Counted from the first letter of the stretch, positions 1 to 10,424 are shown. The stretch is 64,000 bases of DNA from Fidelibacterota bacterium (GCA_046735395.1 JBJKQR010000012.1:64001-128000), one strand, 5' to 3'. Notes: a model not told the origin generated them from the sequence alone. Numbers and translations are program-made.

Positions 1-137
1 TGATGGAATACGGTATTGTCTGCCTCGTCTGCGGTGAACCGGCCTGGGGAACACTCCGGGAACAGGCTGAATCTAAAAATATTACCAATCTACCTGAAAT
101 TCTCGTGAATCTGAATCACCTGATTCAGACGGAATAA
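1..137 (+). CDS. DUF1858-like (hybrid-cluster-associated redox disulfide) protein, 3' part only
   Basis: Translated by hand from position 3: MEYGIVCLVCGEPAWGTLREQAESKNI...E*. The CxxC followed by GEP.WGTL resembles DUF1858. Truncated at the window edge. Confidence 0.65.
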   Translation, partial: MEYGIVCLVCGEPAWGTLREQAESKNITNLPEILVNLNHLIQTE

Positions 138-459
138 AAAACAGACATGTCAGATTCCCATTTTGGTTTGCGGCGGGCGGATTGTGACCGGCTGCCTCGG
201 GATTTATTCTGTAAAAATTCAGCGCGTATCTATTTACTCAGCTGCAGTACATCTTATATCTACGCGGGGATATTTTCCTTTCTCAATATTGGCAAAAATT
301 CGTATATTTGCAATAAGGGGAATTATCAATTTTGAGAATAATGAACTCCGAAGCACAATTATTAAAAGAATCACACGGTAAATCAGGGTGTTGCAGCCCT
401 GTTGTTTTGGCACGCCATTTGAGAAACATTCAGACAGCCAGACAGGGAAGAGGTGCTTT

Positions 460-1569
460 GTGAATGTAGGAATTGTGCATGAAACCCGGAATCAGGAACA
501 TCGTGTTGCCTTGAACCCGGCCGGTGTTGCCCATCTGACGGGGCAGGGTGTGACGGTTTTTGTCCAGAGCGGTGCCGGTGTGGACAGCGGCTGGGCCGAT
601 CATCAGTATTCGGAGGCCGGGGCATCAATTGTATATTCTCCTGAAGAAATCTGGGGACGGTCTGATGTTCTGATGAAGATCAGTCCTCTCGAACGGGAGG
701 AAGTGGATCTGATCCGCGATGATCAGACGATTCTCTCCTGGCAGCATCTGATAGTGCGCCATCCCGATGTCATCCGGGCACTGATGGATAAGCGAAGCAC
801 GGTCATCGGCTACGAAATGATTGAACAGAATTCAGGCCTGCGACCGCTGGTTGCGGGAGTTGCGGAAATCGCCGGATATGTGGCTGTCAGTACGTCTGTA
901 CACTATCTGCAGAATGAGGAGGGCGGCCGGGCAAAGATCATTGCCGGTGTGGCCGGTGTTCCTCAGGGCAGCATCGTCATTCTGGGAGCGGGCCTTACGG
1001 GCCAGGCTGCGGCTGCAGCCGGGGTGGGGAACGGCGCCTACGTGATCGTTATTGACAAGGATGCGGAAAAACTCCGCAATCTCGAAAAAAGATTCGGCGG
1101 CCGTATCACCACCTACTTTTCCAATGCCGCCAATATTGCCAAGGCGGTGTCCTTTGCGGATGTGGTGATTGCCTGTGCCGCGACACCCGGGGATATTGCA
1201 CCGAAACTGATCAGCGAAGAGATGGTGAAAAGCATGAAGTACCGCGCTATCCTTGCGGACCTGTCCATTGATCAGGGCGGTTGTGCCGAGACCTCTCATC
1301 CCACCAGTCTTGCCAATCCTACATTCATCAAGCATGATGTTGTTCATTACTGTGTTCCGAATATGACGGCAAATGTGTCCCGGACTACAAGTTCGGTCAT
1401 CTCAAACGGCCTGCTGCGCTATCTCGACAATATGATTGAAATGGGCGTGGCCAAGGCTGTAAAAACAAGCGCCTGTCTGCGCAGGGGTACTTTTCTCTAC
1501 CAGGGTTTATGCGTGAGGGAAAGCATCGCCAGGCATTTTGACCTGAAATGGGAAAGCCTGCCGCTATGA
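460..1569 (+). CDS. ald: Alanine dehydrogenase-like protein (AlaDH/PNT family)
   Basis: Motifs EHRVAL, IGYE, GAGLTG Rossmann loop, DLSIDQGG, ETSHPT and HYCVPNM. GTG start at 460 follows a GAGGTG Shine-Dalgarno. Confidence 0.85.
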   Translation: MNVGIVHETRNQEHRVALNPAGVAHLTGQGVTVFVQSGAGVDSGWADHQYSEAGASIVYSPEEIWGRSDVLMKISPLEREEVDLIRDDQTILSWQHLIVRHPDVIRALMDKRSTVIGYEMIEQNSGLRPLVAGVAEIAGYVAVSTSVHYLQNEEGGRAKIIAGVAGVPQGSIVILGAGLTGQAAAAAGVGNGAYVIVIDKDAEKLRNLEKRFGGRITTYFSNAANIAKAVSFADVVIACAATPGDIAPKLISEEMVKSMKYRAILADLSIDQGGCAETSHPTSLANPTFIKHDVVHYCVPNMTANVSRTTSSVISNGLLRYLDNMIEMGVAKAVKTSACLRRGTFLYQGLCVRESIARHFDLKWESLPL

Positions 1570-2873
1570 ACAGGGAATTCAGCTGGGCAAAGAAATACCA
1601 GTCCCGGATTGTGACCGTGGACGAAGCGGTTTCCCATATCCAATCCGGAGATACGGTATATATTCACCCCGGGTCGGCGACGCCGGATATCCTCATTGAA
1701 GGGATGGTCGCCCGAGCTCCCCGGCTCGAAGATGTCAAAGTTGTCCAGATACTGTCATTCGGTAATGCACCCTACGCCGCGCCGGGTATGGAAAACCATT
1801 TCCGGGTCCTGTCCCTGTTTACCGGGCCCAATGTGAGGCAGGCGGTGAATGACGGACGGGCTGAGTTCGTTCCCGTTTTTCTCTCCGAGATTCCCACGCT
1901 GTTTTACAATCGTGAGATTGAAATCGATGTAGCGCTCATTCAGGTGACGCCGCCGGATGAACACGGTTTCTGCAGTTTTGGTGTGGGAGTGGATGTGACC
2001 ATGGCCGCATGCCGCAGCGCGAAAACCATTATTGCTCACGTGAATCCCAGGATGCCCCGGGTGCACGGAGATAATTTTATTCATTTCAGCAAGCTCCATT
2101 ATATTGTTGAGGAGGAACGGCCCCTGCAGGAACTTCCGCGTGCCGAACTGTCCGACACCTACATGAATATCGGCCGGAATGTGGCGGAGCTCATTGAAGA
2201 TGAAAGCACGCTGCAGATGGGAATCGGCGGTATTCCGGATGCGGTTCTTACCTTTCTCAAGGATAAACGTGATCTCGGTATTCACACTGAGATGTTCAGT
2301 GACGGGGTTGTGGAACTCTTTGAAGAGGGGATCATCACCAATGAGAAGAAGACGCTGCATCCCGGGAAAATGGTGGCGGGATTTGTATTGGGATCCTCCT
2401 ATCTCTTTGATTTTATTCATAATAATCCTGTGGTGGAATTTCATCCACAGGAATATATAAATGATCCGTTCATCATCGCTCAGAACCGGAAAATGGTGGC
2501 CATCAACAGCGCGCTGGAAGTGGACATTACCGGCCAGATCTGTGCTGACAGCATCGGAACCCGAAATTACAGCGGAATCGGCGGACAGGTGGATTTTTTC
2601 CGCGGTGCGGCGCGCAGCGAAGGCGGAAAACCCATCCTTGCTCTGCCGTCCACAGCCGGAAAGGGAGAGCTGAGCCGCATCGTTCCCATGCTTAAGCCCG
2701 GCGCATCCGTGACAACGAGCAGGGGCGACGTTCATTATGTGGTGACTGAATTCGGCGTTGCCTATCTGCACGGAAAATCACTCAGGGAAAGAGCGCGCAG
2801 ACTCATCGCCATAGCCGATCCCCGTTTTCGGGATGGATTGGAACAGGCCGCCCGGGAACGAAACTTGATTTAA
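1566..2873 (+). CDS. Acetyl-CoA hydrolase/transferase family, 4-hydroxybutyrate CoA-transferase-like
   Basis: Motifs TLQMGIGGIPDA, LGIHTEMFSDG, SGIGGQVDF and VVTEFGVA. ATGA overlap with the ald stop. Confidence 0.9.
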   Translation: MNREFSWAKKYQSRIVTVDEAVSHIQSGDTVYIHPGSATPDILIEGMVARAPRLEDVKVVQILSFGNAPYAAPGMENHFRVLSLFTGPNVRQAVNDGRAEFVPVFLSEIPTLFYNREIEIDVALIQVTPPDEHGFCSFGVGVDVTMAACRSAKTIIAHVNPRMPRVHGDNFIHFSKLHYIVEEERPLQELPRAELSDTYMNIGRNVAELIEDESTLQMGIGGIPDAVLTFLKDKRDLGIHTEMFSDGVVELFEEGIITNEKKTLHPGKMVAGFVLGSSYLFDFIHNNPVVEFHPQEYINDPFIIAQNRKMVAINSALEVDITGQICADSIGTRNYSGIGGQVDFFRGAARSEGGKPILALPSTAGKGELSRIVPMLKPGASVTTSRGDVHYVVTEFGVAYLHGKSLRERARRLIAIADPRFRDGLEQAARERNLI

Positions 2874-2903
2874 TTCATAGCAAGATAAAACACGAGGAAG
2901 AAT

Positions 2904-3761
2904 GTGAACAAGATACTTAAAGCTGAATTCGTGGGAAACGATGTCAAACTCTTCGAAATCGAGGCTCCGCGGATTGCTGCCAAACGGCAGGCCGGACAAT
3001 TCATCATCCTTCGGGTTCATGAGAACGGGGAACGAATTCCCATCACTCTCGCTGATTCCGATACGGAAAAAGGGTCGATTACCATCATCGTTCAGGGAAT
3101 CGGTGCGACAACAAAAAAATTGCTGCAGAAGGAAGCCGGTGATACGATCCATGATCTGGTCGGACCCCTGGGCAAACCGACTCCCATTCATAAAATCGGG
3201 ACGGTGGTTATTATGAGCGGAGGCGTGGGAACGGCTGAGGCACTGCCCATCGCCCAGGCCCACAAGGAAGCCGGAAATACGGTATACTCCATCATCGGCG
3301 CCAGAAACCACGATCTTGTAATCGTTGAAAAGGAAATGGGAGAACGCTGCTCGCGCGTACTGGTTACGACGGATGACGGGTCCTACGGGAAAAAAGGGCT
3401 TGTGACCCATGCGCTGCAGGACCTGCTGGACGAAGGTGTGAAACCGGATGAAGTCATTGCCATCGGCCCCCTTCCCATGATGAAGGCCGTCGCGGACATG
3501 ACCCGTCCCCTCGCTATTCCCACCACCGTGAGCCTGAACAGTATCATGATCGACGGAACAGGTATGTGCGGAGGCTGCCGCGCCATCGTCGGCGGAAAAA
3601 CGGTTTTCGTCTGCGTGGACGGCCCCGAATTCGATGCCCACGAAGTGGACTTCGATGCTCTGAAGATACGTCAGCGCGCCTATCTGAGCGAGGAGAAAAC
3701 CAGTACTGAAGAATTTGAACACAAATGTCGTCTGGAAGCCGCAGCTGCGGACTTGAAATAA
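2904..3761 (+). CDS. nfnA: NfnA/SudB-type FAD/[2Fe-2S] subunit of electron-bifurcating transhydrogenase
   Basis: Motifs GQFIILR, ERIPITLAD, GGVG, MIDGTGMCGGCR and VCVDGPEF. Adjacent to a GltD-like gene. Confidence 0.88.
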   Translation: MNKILKAEFVGNDVKLFEIEAPRIAAKRQAGQFIILRVHENGERIPITLADSDTEKGSITIIVQGIGATTKKLLQKEAGDTIHDLVGPLGKPTPIHKIGTVVIMSGGVGTAEALPIAQAHKEAGNTVYSIIGARNHDLVIVEKEMGERCSRVLVTTDDGSYGKKGLVTHALQDLLDEGVKPDEVIAIGPLPMMKAVADMTRPLAIPTTVSLNSIMIDGTGMCGGCRAIVGGKTVFVCVDGPEFDAHEVDFDALKIRQRAYLSEEKTSTEEFEHKCRLEAAAADLK

Positions 3762-3772
3762 AGAGGAAGACC

Positions 3773-5194
3773 ATGGCAAATGATATGAAAAATAAGGACC
3801 GGATGAAAATTCCCCGGCAACCCATGCCTGAACAGGATCCCAATGTTAGGAATAAAAATTTTCTCGAAGTGAACCTCGGTTATACGAAGGAAATGGCCAT
3901 TGAGGAGGCCCAGCGCTGTCTTCAGTGTAAAAATCCCAGCTGTGTCACCGGCTGTCCTGTGAATATTCAGATTCCTGATTTTATTGACCGCATCGCCGAA
4001 GGGGATTTTGCCGGCGCCGTGGCGAAGATTAAGGAGGATAACAGCCTGCCCGCCGTCTGTGGCCGTGTCTGTCCTCAGGAAGAACAATGTGAAAAGGAAT
4101 GTATCCTGGCCGGACGTTTTGAAGCGGTGGCCATAGGCCGGCTCGAACGATTTGTTGCTGATTATGAGCGGGAGTCCGGAAAAATTCAGGTTCCGGCAGT
4201 GAACGAGTCGAAGGGTAAGAAGGTTGCCATCGTGGGTTCCGGCCCCAGCGGCCTTGCCTGTGCCACCGATCTGGCCATCATGGGCTATGACGTGACGGTG
4301 ATGGAAGCTCTCCATGAATTCGGCGGCGTTCTTGCCTATGGAATCCCGGAATTCAGACTTCCCAAGGGCATCCTCAAGGTTGAAATCGAAAACCTGAAAA
4401 ACCTGGGAGTCAGCTTCGACAACAATTTCATCGTCGGCAGGACGGCTACGGTGGATGATCTCTTTGAAGAAGGATTCGAGGCCGTCTTTGTCGGTGTCGG
4501 CGCCGGTCTTCCCTGGTTTATGGATATCCCCGGTGAAAATCTCAATGGTGTGTATTCCGCCAACGAATTTCTGACCCGGGTAAATCTCATGCACGCCTAT
4601 GAATTCCCGAACTGGGATACGCCGGTGAAAATCGGAAAGAACGTGATGGTCGTAGGCGGTGGAAACACTGCCATGGATGCGGTGCGGACCGCAAAGCGCC
4701 TGGGTGCTGAGCGGGCCATGATCGTGTATCGCCGCTCGGAAGCCGAGATGCCCGCACGCCGCGAGGAAATTCATCACGCGAAGGATGAAGGCATTGAATT
4801 TCTGAACCTGGTCAATCCCATTCGTTATGAAGGGGACGAGAACGGCTGGCTGCGCAAAGCCGTCTGTGTCCGGATGGAACTGGGAGAACCGGATGCCTCC
4901 GGCCGCCGCAGGCCTATCGAGATTCCCGGCAGCGAATTTGAGATCGAAATCGATGAAGTCGTTGTCGCTGTGGGAAACGGAAGCAACCCCATTATCGGCC
5001 AGACCACTCCGGGCCTGGATCTGAACAAACGGGGAAATATCGTAGCCTCGGACGACAGCGCAAAAACTTCGAAAAAGGGCGTGTTTGCCGGTGGTGATAT
5101 CGTGACCGGAGGCGCTACAGTCATTCTTGCGATGGGTGCCGGACGCAAGGCAGCCAAAGCGATTGATGAATATCTGACAAGCGGAGTCTGGTAA
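3773..5194 (+). CDS. nfnB: NfnB/SudA (glutamate synthase small-chain homolog, often annotated gltA)
   Basis: Motifs EAQRCLQC..PSCVTGCPV, CGRVCPQE, GSGPSG, GGGNTAMD and FAGGDIVTGGATVILAM. No GltB is nearby. Confidence 0.88.
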   Translation: MANDMKNKDRMKIPRQPMPEQDPNVRNKNFLEVNLGYTKEMAIEEAQRCLQCKNPSCVTGCPVNIQIPDFIDRIAEGDFAGAVAKIKEDNSLPAVCGRVCPQEEQCEKECILAGRFEAVAIGRLERFVADYERESGKIQVPAVNESKGKKVAIVGSGPSGLACATDLAIMGYDVTVMEALHEFGGVLAYGIPEFRLPKGILKVEIENLKNLGVSFDNNFIVGRTATVDDLFEEGFEAVFVGVGAGLPWFMDIPGENLNGVYSANEFLTRVNLMHAYEFPNWDTPVKIGKNVMVVGGGNTAMDAVRTAKRLGAERAMIVYRRSEAEMPARREEIHHAKDEGIEFLNLVNPIRYEGDENGWLRKAVCVRMELGEPDASGRRRPIEIPGSEFEIEIDEVVVAVGNGSNPIIGQTTPGLDLNKRGNIVASDDSAKTSKKGVFAGGDIVTGGATVILAMGAGRKAAKAIDEYLTSGVW

Positions 5195-5372
5195 ACAGCC
5201 GGTTTTTCGCTTAATTTAAAATAAACAGACGGGGTGCAGCATGATAAACATACACAGAAATTCCGCCATTCCGGGGAAAAGTGCTGTGAGACGGCAACAT
5301 GGTGTTCCCCGCGGTTTCAATTATAAAATACTGAGAATAAACGTGCCGCATCAGTGGCAGTAAGGAGCTTTT

Positions 5373-5708
5373 ATGGCAAAAGCGAACGGACATGTTGTCA
5401 TCAGGGAAGACGAATGCAAGGGCTGTGAGCTCTGCGTCTATGCCTGTCCTTTTGATTTACTCAGCCTGTCATCCGGCCTGAACCGCATGGGTTACCATCC
5501 TGCTTCCTATTCCGGGGAGGAGTGCACAGGGTGCGGTATCTGTTTTTATACCTGTCCCGAACCCGGCGCTCTGACCGTATTCAAGAAATGGGATGAAATT
5601 ACGGAAACCCGGCATTGTGACAAATGCGGAACGGATAGAAAAGTATTTCCGTCATCCCTTGATCCGACAGTCCTGATCTGTTCAACCTGTCTCGAGAAAG
5701 TGGGGTAA
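5373..5708 (+). CDS. 2x[4Fe-4S] ferredoxin, delta subunit of 2-oxoacid:ferredoxin oxidoreductase, with a C-terminal Cys4 extension
   Basis: [12 protein letters not shown] and [12 protein letters not shown] cluster motifs, plus an extra CDKC...CSTC. Strong AAGGAG Shine-Dalgarno. Confidence 0.85.
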   Translation: MAKANGHVVIREDECKGCELCVYACPFDLLSLSSGLNRMGYHPASYSGEECTGCGICFYTCPEPGALTVFKKWDEITETRHCDKCGTDRKVFPSSLDPTVLICSTCLEKVG

Positions 5709-5711
5709 ATT

Positions 5712-6770
5712 ATGGCAAAAGTTCTGATAAAAGGCAACGAAGCCGTTGTGAGAGGTGCAATTCTGGCGGGTTGCAGAAATTATTTCGGATATCCCATTAC
5801 TCCGGCCAGTGAAATTGCCGAAACGGCAGCGACCTACTTTCCCCGCGTGGGCGGAACCTTTCTGCAGGCTGAAAGTGAAATCGGTGCCATCAATATGCTC
5901 TACGGCGCGTCCAGCAGCGGTATCCGCTCCATGACAGCGTCCTCATCACCGGGGATCAGCCTGAAGCTGGAAGGCATCTCCTATATGGCCGGCGCTGAAC
6001 TGCCGGGTGTTATTATCGATATCATGCGGGGTGGCCCGGGACTGGGAAACATCGCTCCCGAACAGAGTGATTACAACCAGATCGTCAAGGGGGGAGGACA
6101 CGGAAATTACAAACTCATTGTTCTGGCACCCAATTCGGCACAGGAAATGTGCGATCTGACCATGCTGGCCTTCGAGCTGAGTGACAAGTACCGCAATCCT
6201 GCCGTTGTCCTCGCTGATGGATTCATCGGCCAGATGATGGAACCGGTGGAATTTCCCCGGGCCGTCACAAGCTTTCCTGCAAAGGACTGGGCCGTGAAGG
6301 CGACAGCGGAAAGCCGGGATAATCTGATCACCAGTATTGAACTGGATCCGGACCGGCTGGAAACGCATAACCGCAAGCTGGCTCATAAATACAAGATTAT
6401 CGAGGAAAATGAAGTCCGTGCTGAGGAATACCGAACTGAGGATGCGGAAGTCATTCTGTTCGGGTTCGGAATCGTGAGCCGGCTGCTCCAGACCGCCATC
6501 GACGAACTGCGGCTGGATGGCGTCAAGGTCGGCCTTCTACGTCCCATTACCCTGTTTCCCTTTCCGATCAGGGAAATTGATGCCCTGGCCTCCAGGGATT
6601 CTGTGAAATATTTCCATGTCTTTGAAATGAACAATGGCCAGATGGCCGATGATGTCCGCCTCGTTTCAAATGGGCGGAAACCGGTGCGGTTTTACGGCCG
6701 CTGCGGAGGAAATGTTCATTCCGTCAAGGAAATCAAAGAAGAAATCATGAAAGAATTGAGGGCCTTATGA
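5712..6770 (+). CDS. vorB: 2-oxoisovalerate/2-oxoacid:ferredoxin oxidoreductase alpha subunit (VorB-type)
   Basis: Motifs [29 protein letters not shown] and RGGPGLGNI. Confidence 0.88.
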   Translation: MAKVLIKGNEAVVRGAILAGCRNYFGYPITPASEIAETAATYFPRVGGTFLQAESEIGAINMLYGASSSGIRSMTASSSPGISLKLEGISYMAGAELPGVIIDIMRGGPGLGNIAPEQSDYNQIVKGGGHGNYKLIVLAPNSAQEMCDLTMLAFELSDKYRNPAVVLADGFIGQMMEPVEFPRAVTSFPAKDWAVKATAESRDNLITSIELDPDRLETHNRKLAHKYKIIEENEVRAEEYRTEDAEVILFGFGIVSRLLQTAIDELRLDGVKVGLLRPITLFPFPIREIDALASRDSVKYFHVFEMNNGQMADDVRLVSNGRKPVRFYGRCGGNVHSVKEIKEEIMKELRAL

Positions 6771-8212
6771 CAGCAACTATTCTGCAGAAAGCATCATCCT
6801 TTTACAGGGAATTTGAACGGAAAGGTGGTACGGAGACTCAGAGTACTCATTATTGTCCGGGCTGTGGCCATGGAATTCTGCATAAAATGATTGCCGAAGC
6901 CATTGATGATTTTGAAATCCGGGACAGAAGCGTTTTTGTCTCACCGGTGGGCTGCTCGGTCTTTGCCTATTATTATTTCGATATGGGAAATATTCAGGCC
7001 GCGCATGGCCGTGCTCCGGCCGTCGGAACCGGCTACAAGCGCTCAAATCCTGATTCCATTGTCATCTCCTATCAGGGAGACGGGGACCTGGCTGCCATCG
7101 GTGCCAATGAAATCATTCAGGCAGCCAACCGCGGTGAAGGCATGACCGTTTTTTTCGTCAATAATGCGATTTACGGGATGACCGGCGGACAGATGGCTCC
7201 CACAACGCTTGTCGGGCAGAAAACGACCACCACGCCACAGGGACGGAATCCTCAGAATGAGGGCTATCCCATCAAGATGTCGGAAATTATCTCCACACTG
7301 GAGGCTCCTGTTTATGTGGAGCGGGTCATGCTCACCGACACCAAGAATATCAATAAAACACGCAAAGCGGTGCGTAAAGCACTGAAGAACCAGATCGAGA
7401 ACAAGGGATTCTCCTTCGTTGAAGTTCTTTCCGGCTGTCCCACCGGGTGGAAATTGTCAGCCCAGGAGAGCAAGGTCTGGATCGAAAATGTTCTCTGCAA
7501 ATATTTCCCCCTGGGCGTTTTCAAGGATACTGCCGACGAACGTGATCCCATCGACTATAGCCGCGTACCGGCTCCCTATGAATCCTATCATCAGGTTCTC
7601 GATATCAGCGGCGCCTCGCTTGCTGACAAGGAGAATGTTGTCGCAGTACCTCCCCTGAAGGATGTGGCGGAAGAAGTGAAGATCGCCGGATTCGGCGGAC
7701 AGGGGGTCCTCAGCCTGGGCTATGTGATGGCGAATATCGGCATGGGACACAACTACCAGGTCAGCTGGCTGCCCAGCTACGGCCCGGAAATGCGCGGCGG
7801 AACAGCCAACTGCAGCATCAAGGTTTCAAAGAAACGAATCGGCGCACCGGTTGTTGCCAATCCCACGACCCTCATTGCCATGAACAAGCCATCCATGCAC
7901 AAATTTGAAGCTGATGTGGCGTCCGACGGTGCAATCATTTATGATTCGTCACTGATAGATGAAGCGCCGACCCGCAAGGATATCAGATCCTTTGCCGTTC
8001 CGGCCACACAGCTTGCCGATAAGATCGGATCGACCAAGGCTGCGAATATGGTCATGCTCGGCGCCTATTCCGTACTCACCGATTATCTCGATTATGATTA
8101 TATCCGGTGGGCCATTCCGAATATCATTAAAAACAAGCGATTTCTCGATATCAATGATGCCGCTTTCACGAAAGGTGTCATTTATATGAAAGAGTTGATG
8201 AAACAGGAATAA
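6767..8212 (+). CDS. vorA: 2-oxoacid:ferredoxin oxidoreductase fused beta(TPP)/gamma subunit (VorA-type)
   Basis: Beta part: [12 protein letters not shown]...[11 protein letters not shown]. Gamma part: [22 protein letters not shown]. Confidence 0.85.
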   Translation: MTATILQKASSFYREFERKGGTETQSTHYCPGCGHGILHKMIAEAIDDFEIRDRSVFVSPVGCSVFAYYYFDMGNIQAAHGRAPAVGTGYKRSNPDSIVISYQGDGDLAAIGANEIIQAANRGEGMTVFFVNNAIYGMTGGQMAPTTLVGQKTTTTPQGRNPQNEGYPIKMSEIISTLEAPVYVERVMLTDTKNINKTRKAVRKALKNQIENKGFSFVEVLSGCPTGWKLSAQESKVWIENVLCKYFPLGVFKDTADERDPIDYSRVPAPYESYHQVLDISGASLADKENVVAVPPLKDVAEEVKIAGFGGQGVLSLGYVMANIGMGHNYQVSWLPSYGPEMRGGTANCSIKVSKKRIGAPVVANPTTLIAMNKPSMHKFEADVASDGAIIYDSSLIDEAPTRKDIRSFAVPATQLADKIGSTKAANMVMLGAYSVLTDYLDYDYIRWAIPNIIKNKRFLDINDAAFTKGVIYMKELMKQE

Positions 8213-8231
8213 TCAGTGTAAAGGAGGAAGT

Positions 8232-8693
8232 ATGCAATTCAAGAAAATTCTGCTGACTACGGATTTTTCCGAGTACTCTCTCTGTGCTGTGCCCTATGCC
8301 GTGGAGTTGGCGCGGAAATTCGGGGCTGAACTGACGATGATTCATGTCATGGAGCCGATTATTGCTCCGGCGGATTTTGCCTGGGGATCCTTCAATGTGT
8401 CCGAGATCGAAAACAAGACACGGGAATATGCCGGCAACAACTTGGACAAGCTGATGCACGAGCATATTCCGGATGATGTGAAATCTTCAGTCCATCTCGC
8501 CTATGGCAATCCCTTCAAGGAAGTCATTCAGTTTGCCAAGGAAGGAAATTTTGATCTCATTGTCATTTCAACCCATGGACTGACGGGCCTGTCGCATATT
8601 ATTTTCGGAAGTACTACCGAAAAAATTGTGCGTAAGTCCCCTATCCCGGTGATGACAGTGAGGGATCCGGAACATACCTTCGAGATGCCCTGA
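8232..8693 (+). CDS. Universal stress protein (UspA family)
   Basis: Motifs KKILLTTDFS and DLIVISTHG..G..HIIFGSTTEKIVR. Confidence 0.92.
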   Translation: MQFKKILLTTDFSEYSLCAVPYAVELARKFGAELTMIHVMEPIIAPADFAWGSFNVSEIENKTREYAGNNLDKLMHEHIPDDVKSSVHLAYGNPFKEVIQFAKEGNFDLIVISTHGLTGLSHIIFGSTTEKIVRKSPIPVMTVRDPEHTFEMP

Positions 8694-8804
8694 ATCAGCC
8701 GGTCGGATTATGTTATTACTGTTGAAACCAGACCGACCCATCTCAACGGAGTGCAGATCGGACTGTCAGAGGGAAACTGAAAACCGTTAAAGGAGAATTG
8801 AATC

Positions 8805-10319
8805 ATGCGAAACCATTTCCTCGCCCTGCTTTCTGTTTGTATTGTATCACTATTTCTGTTCGAACCGGTTCTGAATGCTGCTGACGGGCCTGACCCGCTG
8901 CGTTTCAGCAAAGAAATTCACAAACTGATTAAAAAATATCCTGATCCCGAACCCGGTTCCAGGGTCATGGTTTGTACCGGATCCTCCAGCATGAGGGGAT
9001 GGCACTCCCGACTTGCCGAGGATCTTTCACCAATTCCTGTAATTCAGAGAGGTTTCGGCGGCAGTACCTTTCATGATCTCCGTTTCTGGGCTGACAGCCT
9101 GATAGTGCCGATTCATCCCGAAGCTGTTCTGATCTATGAAGGGGACAATGACATCGCTGCCGGAATGACTCCGGATTCCGTAGTCGGTGAATTTACGGCG
9201 CTGGCGGCTCATCTGCGTGAATCCCTGCCGGCTCTTCGCTTTTATATCCTGTCGGTGAAACCGTCTCCACTGAGAAAATCCTTCTGGCCTGCCATGAAGT
9301 TTCTGAATGCGTCCCTTGAACGGATCTGTGCCGGCGATTCTCTCATGACCTATATTGATGTGGCCTCGGCTATGCTGGATGATCAGGAACAGATGAGGCC
9401 CGAGATTTACCGGAGTGACAAACTGCATCTGAACGACAGCGGTTATGATATCTGGATGAAGACGGTCCGGTCCGTGCTTGTCCGCGAAGAAGCTCTTTCC
9501 CGTGTGGATGGCTGGGTGCCCTTCGGTGAACGGCCTCTCCTGGTGCGGAGAATCACGAGTCCCTATGCGCCTTTTCCGGATGAAAAACGGCGTGAAGGGC
9601 ACATGTACAATGATGTCCTGTATACGACCGAAGAGCATTATCAGGACAGCAGCGTGGCCCTCTGTATTCCGTCCGGATTCAATCCTCGGAAGCCGGTTAC
9701 ATTCGTGGTGTATTTTCACGGCTGGAACGGAAATATTGCCAGATCCCTGACCGAGTTCGATTTGCCCGGCCAGATTGATGCGACGGGACGCAATATCGTT
9801 TTCGTGCTTCCGGAGGGACCGAAGAATTCTCCGGACAGCTACGGCGGAAAAATTGAAAATAAAGATGTGTTCCGGCACCTGATTGATTCGATCGCGGATA
9901 CGCTGCGGGCGGACCATCTTATGGGAAAGGACGGGTGGAAGGATATCGTGATCTGCGGTCACAGCGGCGCCTACGGAGCTATTCACAATATTCTCGCACG
10001 CGGCGGATATCCGAAACGAATTTCTGATGTCTATCTCTTTGATGCGCTCTATGCCGGAAACGAGGATTTTCTGGCCTGGGCAAAATCCGGAAAAGGAAAC
10101 TTTATCAATATCATCACGGAGCATGGCGGAACTCTGGAAAATTCGAAGCTGATGGAAGAGCAGTTTAAGAAGGCGGGTCTGAAAGTGAAGGAATCGCAGA
10201 TCGAAAAACCCTCGGATCTGAAGCTCAGACGGAAGGATCGCATCTCTTTCATCTACACGAAGGGGCTCGGTCACAGTGATGTGGTGAATCCTTTTCTTTA
10301 TTTATTTCTGACCCGCTGA
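8805..10319 (+). CDS. Secreted fusion of an SGNH/GDSL esterase and an alpha/beta-hydrolase
   Basis: Signal peptide. N-domain has GSSS, RGFGGS, YEGDND and DKLHLN. C-domain has FHGW, GHSGA and FDALY. Confidence 0.75.
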   Translation: MRNHFLALLSVCIVSLFLFEPVLNAADGPDPLRFSKEIHKLIKKYPDPEPGSRVMVCTGSSSMRGWHSRLAEDLSPIPVIQRGFGGSTFHDLRFWADSLIVPIHPEAVLIYEGDNDIAAGMTPDSVVGEFTALAAHLRESLPALRFYILSVKPSPLRKSFWPAMKFLNASLERICAGDSLMTYIDVASAMLDDQEQMRPEIYRSDKLHLNDSGYDIWMKTVRSVLVREEALSRVDGWVPFGERPLLVRRITSPYAPFPDEKRREGHMYNDVLYTTEEHYQDSSVALCIPSGFNPRKPVTFVVYFHGWNGNIARSLTEFDLPGQIDATGRNIVFVLPEGPKNSPDSYGGKIENKDVFRHLIDSIADTLRADHLMGKDGWKDIVICGHSGAYGAIHNILARGGYPKRISDVYLFDALYAGNEDFLAWAKSGKGNFINIITEHGGTLENSKLMEEQFKKAGLKVKESQIEKPSDLKLRRKDRISFIYTKGLGHSDVVNPFLYLFLTR

Positions 10320-10370
10320 TTCGTTGTAGGGGCGGGAAGAAAAGCCGGTGTGACCGGATGAGCATTCCGG

Positions 10371-10398
10371 TAACTCTTTCAAGCCCGTGTGTGTCTAA
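10371..10398 (+). promoter_or_regulatory. Putative ECF-sigma (AlgU/SigE-like) promoter
   Basis: TAACTC-N17-TCTAA located 27 nt upstream of the lipoprotein start. Confidence 0.4.
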
Positions 10399-10424
10399 CC
10401 GGGAAAAACAGGTAAGGAGAACTG

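Noticed and set aside
3773..5194. Glutamate synthase call
   Set aside because: There is no large subunit GltB, and pairing with an NfnA-type gene indicates NfnB/SudA.
5302..5313. GTGTTCCCCGCG, identical to the start of type I-E CRISPR repeats
   Set aside because: It is a single 12-nt match, with no second half, no repeats, no spacers and no cas genes.
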